Positions 1 to 9,950 of a stretch of DNA of 38,634 nucleotides are shown here, in pieces. Positions within the stretch are counted from its first letter, which is position 1; every line of letters starts with the position of its first letter. The position numbers and the translations under genes were made by a program. Below the pieces are notes generated by a model that saw only the letters and a list, made by a program, of their open reading frames with translations, had not been told where the DNA came from and made no database searches. This stretch comes from Sphingomonadaceae bacterium. Lineage in GTDB: Bacteria; Chloroflexota; UBA6077. Location of the stretch: assembly GCA_050261575.1 (NCBI GenBank), contig JBLNDL010000046.1:1-38634 (forward strand), in the 5' to 3' direction.

Positions 1-150
1 CCCTGTGGTGCCGCTCTGCTTGGTATGCTTGCCCGGGCCCGCCCCCAACTCGCCGTGGCCCGCCGGGGGTAACGCCCGGGGGGGACCTCACTGTCCTCTC
101 CACACTCACCTGGACCGATCGTCCTCGATTCGCGGTGTCCAGGATCGCCC
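1..150 (-). promoter_or_regulatory. Probable T-box riboswitch-like leader RNA, truncated at the window edge; regulated gene lies outside the window
   Basis: On the minus strand, a short stem (CCTGGAC/GTCCAGG) is flanked by GCGAT/TGAG K-turn-like motifs. It is followed by a GCGTTA motif and the T-box-like sequence AAGCAGAG-CGGCACC-ACAGGG (consensus AANNAGGG-TGGNACC-GCG). It lies downstream of a consensus promoter and contains no convincing ORF. Confidence 0.45.
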
Positions 151-182
151 TGTTCGGATATCTGCTCAACTAAGTTGAAACG

Positions 183-211
183 AGTATAGAAGTGGTGCGG
201 CTGCTTGTCAA
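183..211 (-). promoter_or_regulatory. Sigma70-type promoter firing leftward
   Basis: Minus strand TTGACA (206-211), 17-nt spacer, TATACT (183-188). Confidence 0.75.
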
Positions 212-264
212 GAATCGTTCTGCGCGAACCTGGGCCTCTTTCGATGGTCGTGAGGTCCCTTGTC

Positions 265-273
265 TGCTATAAT
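265..273 (+). promoter_or_regulatory. Extended -10 promoter of smpB (probable leaderless transcript)
   Basis: TG-C-TATAAT ends 5 nt before the ATG at 279; no Shine-Dalgarno sequence. Confidence 0.65.
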
Positions 274-278
274 ATGGT

Positions 279-746
279 ATGCCTGAGAGAACTGATAGAG
301 TGTTCGCGACCAACCGGAAAGCCTATCACGACTATCACATCTTGGAGACGGTGGAGGCCGGCATAGCCCTGACCGGCACCGAGGTGAAGTCGGTTCGTGA
401 GGGCAAAGTCAACCTGCGGGACAGCTACGCCAAGGTCAAGGACGGCGAGGTCTGGATGTACGGCAGCTACATCGCCACTTACGACCAGGGCAACCGGTTC
501 AACCACGAGACCGGGCGACCGAGGAAGCTGCTGCTCCACAAGGGAGAGATCGCGAAGCTGTCGGCGCTCGTGCAGGATGCCGGCAAGACCTTGGTCCCGC
601 TGAAGCTGTACGACAAGAAGGGGCACATCAAGGTCGAGCTCGGCGTGGCGCGCGGCAAGAAGGAGTACGATAAGCGGGAGAGCATTGCCCGCAAGGAAGC
701 CGAGAGGGAGGTAGAACGAGCCCTCAAGGATGCCGTGCGTCGTTAG
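279..746 (+). CDS. smpB: SsrA-binding protein SmpB
   Basis: Motifs NRKAYHDY, EAGIALTGTEVKSVR, RKLLLHK, GKKEYDKRE; adjacent to tmRNA. Confidence 0.98.
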   Translation: MPERTDRVFATNRKAYHDYHILETVEAGIALTGTEVKSVREGKVNLRDSYAKVKDGEVWMYGSYIATYDQGNRFNHETGRPRKLLLHKGEIAKLSALVQDAGKTLVPLKLYDKKGHIKVELGVARGKKEYDKRESIARKEAEREVERALKDAVRR

Positions 747-771
747 CGGCATTCTTCGGTCGTTGGCGTAT

Positions 772-1130
772 GGGGGCGTCAGGTTTCGACAGGGGACGAC
801 ACTAGAGAAACGCAAGCCGAGGCTTGCCACCACGCCTCGTAAAAAGGTGGCAAACGGCATAACTGCCAACGAACCAGTAGCTCTCGCAGCGTAACAACGC
901 TTCGAGCGTCCGCCCGATCTCTTCTCGGTGGATCGGAATCGGGCGACACTGAGCCGAGATGCTGCAGTCCCGACCGTCTGCTGAGGGCTGCCTAAGAACA
1001 GCGGACTGGTCCACCGCCTCCCCGTCGGTAGGGAGTCGGTGGACGAGACACCAAATGCCGACTAAGCTTGTAGCATGTTCTCGGTGAACTCGCTCTGGAC
1101 GGGGAGTTCGATTCTCCCCCGCCTCCACCA
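772..1130 (+). ncRNA. ssrA: tmRNA (transfer-messenger RNA)
   Basis: 5' GGGGGCG pairs with 3' CGCCTCC-A-CCA with a G3:U alanine determinant. GGTTTCGAC near the 5' end, T-arm GGGAGTTCGATTCTCCC, internal tag ORF, directly downstream of smpB. Confidence 0.97.
865..894 (+). other. tmRNA proteolysis tag reading frame (A)ANEPVALAA*
   Basis: ATAACT resume context followed by GCC AAC GAA CCA GTA GCT CTC GCA GCG TAA; C-terminal ALAA degron. Confidence 0.9.
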
Positions 1131-1137
1131 ATCCTTC

Positions 1138-1171
1138 TCCCTGCCAGGTCCCAGCGGCGGGGATTTTCTTT
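1138..1171 (+). terminator. Intrinsic terminator after ssrA
   Basis: TCCCTGCC / GGCGGGGA stem followed by TTTTCTTT. Confidence 0.6.
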
Positions 1172-1173
1172 AG

Positions 1174-2640
<1,467 letters not shown>

Positions 2641-2704
2641 CGGCCACTCGCCTGTATGCGTGATGCACCTTGCCGCACGGTGCACACGGAGACCGCTGGC
2701 GATC

Positions 2705-2793
2705 GTAAGGGCGGACCTGCGTGTCCGCCCTCGTCGCACGGGCCGGTGGTTCTGCCGCCCCAAGGCGTCGAGGCGGGCCGGGTCCCGCCTTAC
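2705..2793. repeat. Inverted pair of REP-like palindromes (REPIN-like)
   Basis: GTA-AGGGCGGAC-CTGCGT-GTCCGCCCT (2705-2731, +) and GTA-AGGCGGG-ACCCGG-CCCGCCT (2771-2793, -). Both start GTAAGG and face each other between convergent genes. Confidence 0.6.
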
Positions 2794-2885
2794 GGACCCT
2801 ACCCTTATGTCCAGCCTCGACCGTCAGACCGCCGTGCGGCTCGGTGCCCCGCCCCGCCCTGGGAGGCTCTTCCTCCCGTGGCGCA

Positions 2886-3155
2886 TCAGGCAGCTTTCCC
2901 CTTCTTCTCGCGCTCCTCCTCTTCTCGACGGCGCGCTCGCTCTTCGCGCTCCCGCTTCAGCCGTCTCTCCGCCGCCTCCGTCACCAATGGCGTGTAGAAG
3001 GGCTCCTGCGCCTCTCGGCCCCTGGAGTAGGTGGAATCGGTCCCCTCGGCGTCGATCTCGGTCCAGGAGTTGCGCGGGAACTGGGTGTGCCTTTCCTCTT
3101 CGGCCTCCTCCCCCACGGCCTCCTCGGCGGGCTTTTCCTCAGGTTTCTCTCCCAT
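2886..3155 (-). CDS. Hypothetical 89-aa Glu/Arg-rich protein
   Basis: Strong SD GAGGAGGG ahead of the ATG at 3155 (MGEKPEEK...); charged coiled-coil-like C-terminus. Confidence 0.7.
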   Translation of the reverse strand: MGEKPEEKPAEEAVGEEAEEERHTQFPRNSWTEIDAEGTDSTYSRGREAQEPFYTPLVTEAAERRLKREREERARRREEEEREKKGKAA

Positions 3156-3290
3156 TTGCGATCCCTCCTCGGCATTCGCGCTACGCCCTCGCCCGTGGCG
3201 CTGTAACCCCACGGATCCACCGCAGGCAAGGGGCATGCCGCCAGCCGAAGCCACGGGCATGGTTCACGAAAGCCGGTTGCCAGGGTAAAG

Positions 3291-3299
3291 TGGTATAAT
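3291..3299 (+). promoter_or_regulatory. Extended -10 promoter
   Basis: TG-G-TATAAT in an AT-rich patch about 380 nt upstream of the XRE gene. Confidence 0.6.
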
Positions 3300-3455
3300 C
3301 TACTTAATACAGCTAGCACCGTGGCAGAGCACGTATGGCTGGTTCGTGGCGGCCTCCCCGCCAGGAAATGTGTGCTCCATCTAGAGACACTTGTTAGGGC
3401 AATTGCGTGTACGAGTCGAAGCGGCGTGAGGCTGTAGAGCTTCGCGCAGCCGGGC

Positions 3456-3674
3456 ATGAAACTTGTTTATGAGGGGGTGAACTACCCGGCAGGGGGGAGG
3501 GTCCCCGTGGTTCGGCTCTCAGCACGAAGGCGTGCACGCCGCCGGCCGAGGAGGGGTAGCGACGGCGTAGAACAACAGTATGGCACCGATCCTGCTCTCG
3601 TGGTTCCCCTGGATGTTCTTGATCAATATTCAGGCTCAGGGGCAGTGATCGAGCGCGTGAGGGAGGAGTGCTAG
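3456..3674 (+). CDS. Possible 72-aa hypothetical protein upstream of the XRE gene
   Basis: ATG-started ORF ending 5 nt before the XRE start; no clear SD and no recognisable family. Confidence 0.25.
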   Translation: MKLVYEGVNYPAGGRVPVVRLSARRRARRRPRRGSDGVEQQYGTDPALVVPLDVLDQYSGSGAVIERVREEC

Positions 3675-3679
3675 GACAG

Positions 3680-3955
3680 ATGACGGCACTGGGACAAAAG
3701 ATCAAGGAGCTTCGCGTTGCCAAGGGGATGACGCAGCAGCGTCTGGCCGAGAAGGCCGAAGTCAGCCACTCGCTGATCAGCGCCCTCGAGTCCGGCCGCC
3801 GCAAGTACGTCTCGGCGCAGGACATCGAGAAACTGGCCAAGGCTCTCGATGTGTCCTCCAACGAACTGTGGAAGCTGGTTCCTGGAGGCAAGAGCGAGCA
3901 GCGATACATCCCGATCACAGGCACCGGCACTAGCGGCATGGCCAAGTCAGCCTGA
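3680..3955 (+). CDS. XRE/HTH_3 (Cro/CI-like) transcriptional regulator
   Basis: LGQKIKELRVAKGMTQQRLAEKAEVSHSLISALESGRR...IEKLAKALDV is a typical XRE HTH. SD GGGAGGAG; alternative GTG start at 3668. Confidence 0.9.
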   Translation: MTALGQKIKELRVAKGMTQQRLAEKAEVSHSLISALESGRRKYVSAQDIEKLAKALDVSSNELWKLVPGGKSEQRYIPITGTGTSGMAKSA

Positions 3956-3970
3956 CGGTGGCCGGGGAAG

Positions 3971-4012
3971 AGAGGGCGGCCGCTCACGGCTGGGCCGCGG
4001 GCGGCCGTCTTT
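3971..4012. terminator. Long GC hairpin between the convergent XRE gene and mutL (probable bidirectional terminator)
   Basis: GGCGGCCGCTCACGGC-TGG-GCCGCGGGCGGCCGTC followed by TTT. Confidence 0.55.
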
Positions 4013-4023
4013 GACCGCTCACT

Positions 4024-5754
4024 CTACTTCCGGCCGAATTCCCGCTCCACCTGCCGGTGGCTGATCATTATCGCCGTCGGCCGGCCGTGCGAGCAGTGCT
4101 GAGTCACGGCCGTCTCCTCCAGCGCCTCCACCAGCGACCGCATCTCCTCGAGGGCAAGCGGCTGCCCGGCCTTCACCGCCCCCCGACACGACAGGGCAAC
4201 CGCCATCCGCTCCTTCCAGTCTGCCTCCGGCTTCCCCTCGGCCAACTCCTGCAGCGATTGCTCCAGCGCTTGGACCGCCTGCCCCGGTGGAAGCTCGCTG
4301 GGGATGCCCCTAACCAGCAGTGTGCTATCGCCGAACGCCTCGAGTCGATACCCCAGCGACTCCAACGCGCCCCATGCGGCCTGCGCCAGCTCCCACTGCA
4401 CGGGCGACAGATCCACCGCCACCGGCTCCAGGAGGAGCTGGGTGTTGCCCTCCCGGTCCATGGCCTTCCGCAGCCGCTCCAGCAGCACCCTTTCGTGCGC
4501 GGCGTGCTGGTCGATCAAGTAGAGGCCATGCTCGCCCTCCGCGACGATGTAGCTCAGCGCCACCTGGCCGATCAGGCGCAGAATCGGGATCCTCCGGCCA
4601 GTCGATACCACCTCCCGCTCGGGAGGGAGGTCCCCAGCGATCGGCAAGTCCATCGGCCGGGGATTAGCCACCGCGGTCGGTGGCTCTCGGCCCGACTCCG
4701 GCGGGTCCTCCCGCCCCAGGCGGTCCATCTCCCTGGCCCAGGATGACTCTCCCACCACGGCCTCCCTCACCGCATCCCGCAGCCCACCGTAGATCAGCCG
4801 CTCCCGCAGCAGCCGGACCTCCAGCTTGGTCGGGTGGACGTTCACGTCCACCTCCGAGGCGGGCACTTGAAGGTCGAGGACGGCAATGGGGTGGCGCCCC
4901 ACCATCAGCAACGTCTGGTAGGCTTCCTCGACGGCGTATGATAGGGCGCGACTCCTCACCGGTCGGCGATTGACCGCGAGCCAGATCCCGGACCGGGTCG
5001 ACCGGCTCACCTCGGGAGCGGCGGCGAAGCCCTTGATCCGTGCCGCGCCCCCTCGCACGGGCCGGTCGGCCTCGACGGTCGCCTCCACCGGCAGGAGCGA
5101 GCCGGCCACCTCGCGCCCCAGGACTGCCAGCGCCGCGTCGAGGGGGTTTCCCGTGCCCGGCGTGGAGATCGACCTTCGTCCGTCTACGGTCAGCTCGAAG
5201 GCTACCTCGGGGTAGACGATCGCGAGGTGGCTGAGCAATTGGGCCACCTGCGCAGCCTCGGCGGCGGCCGATCGGAGGAACTTTCGCCGCGCGGGAACGT
5301 TGAAGAAGAGCCCCTCCACGGTGACGGTGGTCCCCTTCCCCCTGGCCGCCGGCACGATCTCGTCCACCGCGCCACCCGAAACCCGTAGCCCGTAGGGGGA
5401 GGTCGCGCCCGCTGCCATGCTTACCAGCGTGAACTCCGACACCGCGGCGATGCTCGCCAGCGCCTCGCCCCGGAACCCCAGCGTTGCGATCGAGTTGAGG
5501 TCCTCGGCAGAGGCGATCTTGCTCGTTGCATGGCGCTGGACGGCCAGTGCGAGTTCGTCCCTCGGGATCCCGCATCCGTCGTCGGCCACTCGGATCAGGT
5601 CGCATCCTCCGGCAACGATCTCCACGCGAACCGCGCTGGACCCGGCGTCAAGCGCGTTCTCCACCAGTTCCTTGACGACGGAAGCAGGTCTCTCGACGAC
5701 CTCGCCAGCGGCGATCTTTCCAACCACTTCGGGACTCAGGATGCGGATCGGCAT
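4024..5754 (-). CDS. mutL: DNA mismatch repair endonuclease MutL
   Basis: KIAAGEVVERPASVVKELVENALDAG, GFRGEAL, DVNVHPTK, endonuclease motif DQHAAHERVLLE, CSHGRP. Confidence 0.98.
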   Translation of the reverse strand: MPIRILSPEVVGKIAAGEVVERPASVVKELVENALDAGSSAVRVEIVAGGCDLIRVADDGCGIPRDELALAVQRHATSKIASAEDLNSIATLGFRGEALASIAAVSEFTLVSMAAGATSPYGLRVSGGAVDEIVPAARGKGTTVTVEGLFFNVPARRKFLRSAAAEAAQVAQLLSHLAIVYPEVAFELTVDGRRSISTPGTGNPLDAALAVLGREVAGSLLPVEATVEADRPVRGGAARIKGFAAAPEVSRSTRSGIWLAVNRRPVRSRALSYAVEEAYQTLLMVGRHPIAVLDLQVPASEVDVNVHPTKLEVRLLRERLIYGGLRDAVREAVVGESSWAREMDRLGREDPPESGREPPTAVANPRPMDLPIAGDLPPEREVVSTGRRIPILRLIGQVALSYIVAEGEHGLYLIDQHAAHERVLLERLRKAMDREGNTQLLLEPVAVDLSPVQWELAQAAWGALESLGYRLEAFGDSTLLVRGIPSELPPGQAVQALEQSLQELAEGKPEADWKERMAVALSCRGAVKAGQPLALEEMRSLVEALEETAVTQHCSHGRPTAIMISHRQVEREFGRK

Positions 5755-5757
5755 GGG

Positions 5758-8415
5758 CTACCACACTCGCTTCTGAAGCTCGTCCAGCTTCGCCAGAGCC
5801 TGGAGCGGCGTCATGGTGGTCGTGTCCAAGTCTCGCAGTTCCTCGATAGCGCGCAGGTGCTCCTCAGGCACCTGCCCCGCTCCCAGAGTCTCGGGGCCTA
5901 TCACCTTGGCACCTTTCGTCTCCAGCTCGCACAGTATCTGTCGCGCCCTGCGGATGACCGGCGCTGGGACTCCCGCCAGTTGTGCCACGTGTATACCGTA
6001 GCTTCGATCCGCGCCCCCCGGCACCACCCGATGGAGGAAGACCACCCGTCCGCCCTCCTCCAGCACGTCCATCCGGAGATTCCGCACCCTGGGCAGCAGC
6101 GCCTCCAGCTCCGTCAGCTCGTGGTAGTGGGTGGCGAAGAGGGTCTTACAGCGCAGGCGCGGCTCCTCGTGCAGATACTCGATGACCGCTCTTGCTATGG
6201 CCATCCCGTCATAGGTGCTGGTGCCCCTGCCCACCTCGTCGAGCACAACCAGGCTCCGGGGCGTGGCGTTGTGGAGGACGTTCGCGGTCTCGGCCATCTC
6301 CACCAGGAAGGTGCTCTTCCCTGCCGAGACGTCGTGCTGCGCCCCCACCCGGGTGAAGATCCGATCCACCAGTCCGATACGGGCCTCCTCGGCGGGTACG
6401 AAGCTCCCCATCTGAGCCATCAGCACTATGAGGGCAACCCCCAGCACGTAGGTGGACTTCCCCGCCATGTTGGGCCCCGTCAGCACCGCGATCTGCGCGG
6501 ACTCCCCGTCCAACTCGCAGTCGTTGGGCACGTACTCGCCAGCGGCGACACAGCGCTCCACCACCGGGTGGCGCCCCCCGCGGATGGATATGACGGTAGA
6601 CTCGTCCACGGACGGACGAACGTACCGGCCCGCCACCGCCACCTCGGCGAGCGAGAGCAGGCCATCCAGCCTCCCCAGGCTCTGCGCAGTCCTGCGGACC
6701 CGACCCGCCTCCCCGGACAGCTCGGCCAGGAGCTCTCCGTAGATCCGCTTCTCGAGCGCCTCGATCTCCTCCTGGGCGCTCTGAAGCCGCATCTCCTGCT
6801 CTTTCAGTTGCGGGGTTACGAACCGCTCGGCGTTCGCGAGGGTCTGCTTCCGCTGGTAACCGAAGGACTCCAGCAACTCCGCAATGGTGCCAGCCCCGGT
6901 CTTCATCCGAGCGAACTCGTCCGTAGGGGCGTCCAGGTTCGGCCTCGTCACCTCGATGTAGTAGCCGAACACCTTGTTGTAGCCTATCTTGAGCGACTTG
7001 ACCCCCGTGCGCTCGCGCTCCGTGCGCTCAAGCCCGGCGATCCACTGGCGGGTGTCGCCGCTGATCGCCCTCAGCTCGTCCAGCTCCCTGGACCGTCCAG
7101 CCCTGATCACTCCTTGCCCGACGATTCCCGCGGGCTCCTCGGCGATGGTCCGCTCGATGGCATCCGCCACGTCCTCGCAGGGATCGAGGGAGTCGCCTTC
7201 CACCTTCAGGAGTCCCGGAAGCCACCGCTCCAGGGTTCTCCGAATCCTCGGCACAGCCCGGAGCGAGCGAGCTATCGCCACGCAGTCGCGCGGGCTCAGG
7301 CTCTGCTGGGCAGCCCGAGAAGCGAGCCGCTCCAAGTCCCCCAGTGTCGAAAGCGCATCCCCCATCTCGGCTCTACCGAGGGGCGACCCGACCAGCTCCT
7401 CTACGCCGTCCAGCCTCGCCTCGATCGAGGCCACGTCCAGCAGCGGCTGCCCGATCCACCGCCGAAGCAGCCGTCCCCCCATGGCGGTGCGAGTCCTGTC
7501 CAGCACCCCCAGGAGGGAACCCTCGACACTGCCCGTCACCGCGTTTGCGGTCAACTCCAGGTTTCGGCGGGCCGCCGCGTCCAGCTTCATCTGCCGATCG
7601 AGGCTGTACAGGTGGAGGGATTCCAGCTCCCCCAGCGAGGCGGGCTGCATCTCCTGCAGATAGGACAGGAGGCTACCGGCGGCCCGGGCAGCGAGCGGAG
7701 CCGAGTCGAGCCCGAAGCCGTCCAGGGTGGCCACCTTGAAGTGCTCCCTCAACAGCCGCTCGCAGGAGGCCTGTGCGAACGTCACGTCCTCCCGGGGGGT
7801 TGCGCAGACACCGGAGGGCAGCAGCGCCTTCACCGACTCGTCGTCGGCATGCGATCGGGGCAGGAGGCACTCCGCCGGGCGGCATCGCTCCATCTCCGCC
7901 GCCACGTGGCTCCTCCAATCTGGCAGGCGGATCTCGGTAGCCGAGAACTCGCCAGTGCTTATGTCCACCCACGCAAGGCCTGCCCCTTCGGGCGTCGTGA
8001 CGAGGGAGGCGAGATAGTTGTTCGCTCGGGAGGGGAGAAGGCTGTCCTCGATCAGCGTGCCCGGGGTGATTACTCTGACCACATCCCTCGCCATCAGCCC
8101 CCTGCCGGGGGCGCCCAACTGTTCGGCCAGGGCGACCTTGTGCCCCTTCGCCAGCAGCCGGGCTATGTAGCCTTCCGCCGCATGATATGGGATTCCGGCA
8201 AGCGGCACCCGCTCGCCCTTCCCCATCTCGCGACCGGTCAGCACGATCTCCAACTCGGACGACACGAGGTACGCGTCGTCGTCGAAGGTCTCGTAGAAGT
8301 CCCCCAGCCGGAAGAGGAGGATGGCGTCCGGATACCGACGCTTCAGGTCGAGATACTGGCGCCGGATGGGGCTCACTGGTGGATCCGGCGGCTCCAGAAA
8401 GGTAAGTTGATCCAT
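5758..8415 (-). CDS. mutS: DNA mismatch repair protein MutS (MutS1)
   Basis: FRLGDFYETF mismatch-binding motif, TGPNMAGKST Walker A, STFLVEM, LDEVGRGTSTYDG, SYGIHVAQLAG. Confidence 0.98.
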   Translation of the reverse strand: MDQLTFLEPPDPPVSPIRRQYLDLKRRYPDAILLFRLGDFYETFDDDAYLVSSELEIVLTGREMGKGERVPLAGIPYHAAEGYIARLLAKGHKVALAEQLGAPGRGLMARDVVRVITPGTLIEDSLLPSRANNYLASLVTTPEGAGLAWVDISTGEFSATEIRLPDWRSHVAAEMERCRPAECLLPRSHADDESVKALLPSGVCATPREDVTFAQASCERLLREHFKVATLDGFGLDSAPLAARAAGSLLSYLQEMQPASLGELESLHLYSLDRQMKLDAAARRNLELTANAVTGSVEGSLLGVLDRTRTAMGGRLLRRWIGQPLLDVASIEARLDGVEELVGSPLGRAEMGDALSTLGDLERLASRAAQQSLSPRDCVAIARSLRAVPRIRRTLERWLPGLLKVEGDSLDPCEDVADAIERTIAEEPAGIVGQGVIRAGRSRELDELRAISGDTRQWIAGLERTERERTGVKSLKIGYNKVFGYYIEVTRPNLDAPTDEFARMKTGAGTIAELLESFGYQRKQTLANAERFVTPQLKEQEMRLQSAQEEIEALEKRIYGELLAELSGEAGRVRRTAQSLGRLDGLLSLAEVAVAGRYVRPSVDESTVISIRGGRHPVVERCVAAGEYVPNDCELDGESAQIAVLTGPNMAGKSTYVLGVALIVLMAQMGSFVPAEEARIGLVDRIFTRVGAQHDVSAGKSTFLVEMAETANVLHNATPRSLVVLDEVGRGTSTYDGMAIARAVIEYLHEEPRLRCKTLFATHYHELTELEALLPRVRNLRMDVLEEGGRVVFLHRVVPGGADRSYGIHVAQLAGVPAPVIRRARQILCELETKGAKVIGPETLGAGQVPEEHLRAIEELRDLDTTTMTPLQALAKLDELQKRVW

Positions 8416-8447
8416 GCTGCACCAAGTGGGGCTAGATCGACGCCACG

Positions 8448-8499
8448 GGGCGGGCTGCTGCGCCCGCCCTCTGTCGGACCGGCGGTACCGCCGGTCCGA
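8448..8499. repeat. Two GC-rich palindromes in the ugd-mutS intergenic region
   Basis: GGGCGGGC-TGCTGC-GCCCGCCC (8448-8469) and the spacerless 26-bp palindrome TCGGACCGGCGGT|ACCGCCGGTCCGA (8474-8499). Confidence 0.75.
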
Positions 8500-8533
8500 G
8501 CATAACGCCGGAGACCTACCCGCGTGTCGCCCA

Positions 8534-9895
8534 TCACATCGAGGTCGACCTCGTCACCTTGAGGCTAACCGGGTAGAAGATGCCGTCGTGGTCGGCCCCC
8601 TGCGGCCGGCCCACCCCCAGGTATCGGAAGCCCAAGCTCTCCATCTCGGAAGGATCCCACACGTTCCGGCCGTCGATCAACAGCGGGCTTGCCATCAACT
8701 GCTTGATGCGGCCCATGTCCAGGTGCTTGAACTCGTTCCATTCGGTGACCAGGATGAGGCACTCCGCCCCCTCGGCCACCTCGTAGGCGTTCTTGCACAG
8801 GATAAGTTCGGGGTTAGCCCTCTGGGCGCCCTCCGCGGCGACTGGATCGTAGGCCTTGACAGTCGCACCCTCCGCCTGGAGCAGATGGATGATCTCGAGC
8901 GAGGGAGCTTCCCGCAGGTCGTCGGTGTTCGGCTTGAAGGCCAGACCCAGGACGCCGACCACACGATCGGCCAGACCGCCCATGGCATCCCGGGCTTTCT
9001 GGATCACCGCCCGGCGGGCATCACGGTTGATCTCCAGTACCGTGCGCAACAGTTGCGGGTGGCAGCCGTTGATCGCCGCCATGTGGGACAGCGCACGCAC
9101 GTCCTTCGGGAAGCAGGAGCCGCCGAATCCCAGGCCGGCATCCAGGAATGCGTGTCCGATCCTCTTATCCAACCCCATCCCCTGGGCCACCATCTTCACG
9201 TCAGCGCCCAGCTTCTCGCAGATGGAGGCGATCTCGTTGATGAAGGAGATCTTGGTGGCGAGGAAGGCGTTGGAGGCGTACTTGATCATCTCGGCCGTGC
9301 GCAGGTCGGTGATCAGCACGGGGCAGTTGAGCTGGCGGTAGAGTTCGGCGACCTTAAGGGCGGACTGCCGATCCGTCGAGCCCAGCACCACACGGTCGGG
9401 GTGGGTGAAATCGTTCACCGCGGACCCCTCCCTAAGAAACTCGGGGTTCGACACGACGGCGAAGCTGGCGCCGGGCCGGATGTGCTTCCGGGCGATGTTG
9501 GCCACCCAGTCACCCGTTCCGATCGGGACTGTGCTCTTGTTCACGATAATGGTGTGACGGTTGATGTGCTTCGCGATGCTCTGGGCTGCCGCCCTCGTGT
9601 ACTTGAGGTCGGCCTCACCCTCGGAGCCGGAGGGAGTGTTCACGGCGATGAACACGATGTCGGCCCCCGGAATGCCCTCCTCGTAGCTGGACGTGAACCT
9701 GAGCCTGCCGGCCCTGCTGTTGCGCTCGACTATCTCCTCCAGGCCGGGCTCGAAAATGGGAAGGACGCCCCGTTTCAGGTTGTCGATCTTGGATACGTCG
9801 ATGTCGATGCAGGTGACGTTGTTGCCCAGGTCGGCAAAGCACGCGCCGGTGACTAGACCTACATAGCCGGTGCCGACCACGCTGATCCTCGCCAT
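8534..9895 (-). CDS. ugd: UDP-glucose 6-dehydrogenase
   Basis: [35 protein letters not shown] catalytic Cys, [11 protein letters not shown]. Confidence 0.92.
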   Translation of the reverse strand: MARISVVGTGYVGLVTGACFADLGNNVTCIDIDVSKIDNLKRGVLPIFEPGLEEIVERNSRAGRLRFTSSYEEGIPGADIVFIAVNTPSGSEGEADLKYTRAAAQSIAKHINRHTIIVNKSTVPIGTGDWVANIARKHIRPGASFAVVSNPEFLREGSAVNDFTHPDRVVLGSTDRQSALKVAELYRQLNCPVLITDLRTAEMIKYASNAFLATKISFINEIASICEKLGADVKMVAQGMGLDKRIGHAFLDAGLGFGGSCFPKDVRALSHMAAINGCHPQLLRTVLEINRDARRAVIQKARDAMGGLADRVVGVLGLAFKPNTDDLREAPSLEIIHLLQAEGATVKAYDPVAAEGAQRANPELILCKNAYEVAEGAECLILVTEWNEFKHLDMGRIKQLMASPLLIDGRNVWDPSEMESLGFRYLGVGRPQGADHDGIFYPVSLKVTRSTSM

Positions 9896-9950
9896 AGAGC
9901 AATACCCCCATAACTACAGAGTAGCGGAAGTCTTATGTTGAGTCGATAGC

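Noticed and set aside
2656..3298. Several plus-strand ORFs of 85-212 aa
   Set aside because: Arg/Pro/Ser-rich with no SD; they run through palindromic repeats and are antisense to the better-supported 89-aa gene.
4075..4100. MutL CSHGRP instead of CPHGRP
   Set aside because: The metal ligands Cys and His and the DQHA motif are intact; a minor variant at a position known to vary.
5530..8505. 991-aa plus-strand ORF
   Set aside because: Antisense shadow of mutS caused by high-GC codon bias; no protein-like motifs.
8414..9856. 480-aa plus-strand ORF, and similar long antisense ORFs at 11949-13529, 21438-23036, 23650-25440 and 34828-36078
   Set aside because: All lie opposite well-supported genes and are shadow ORFs.
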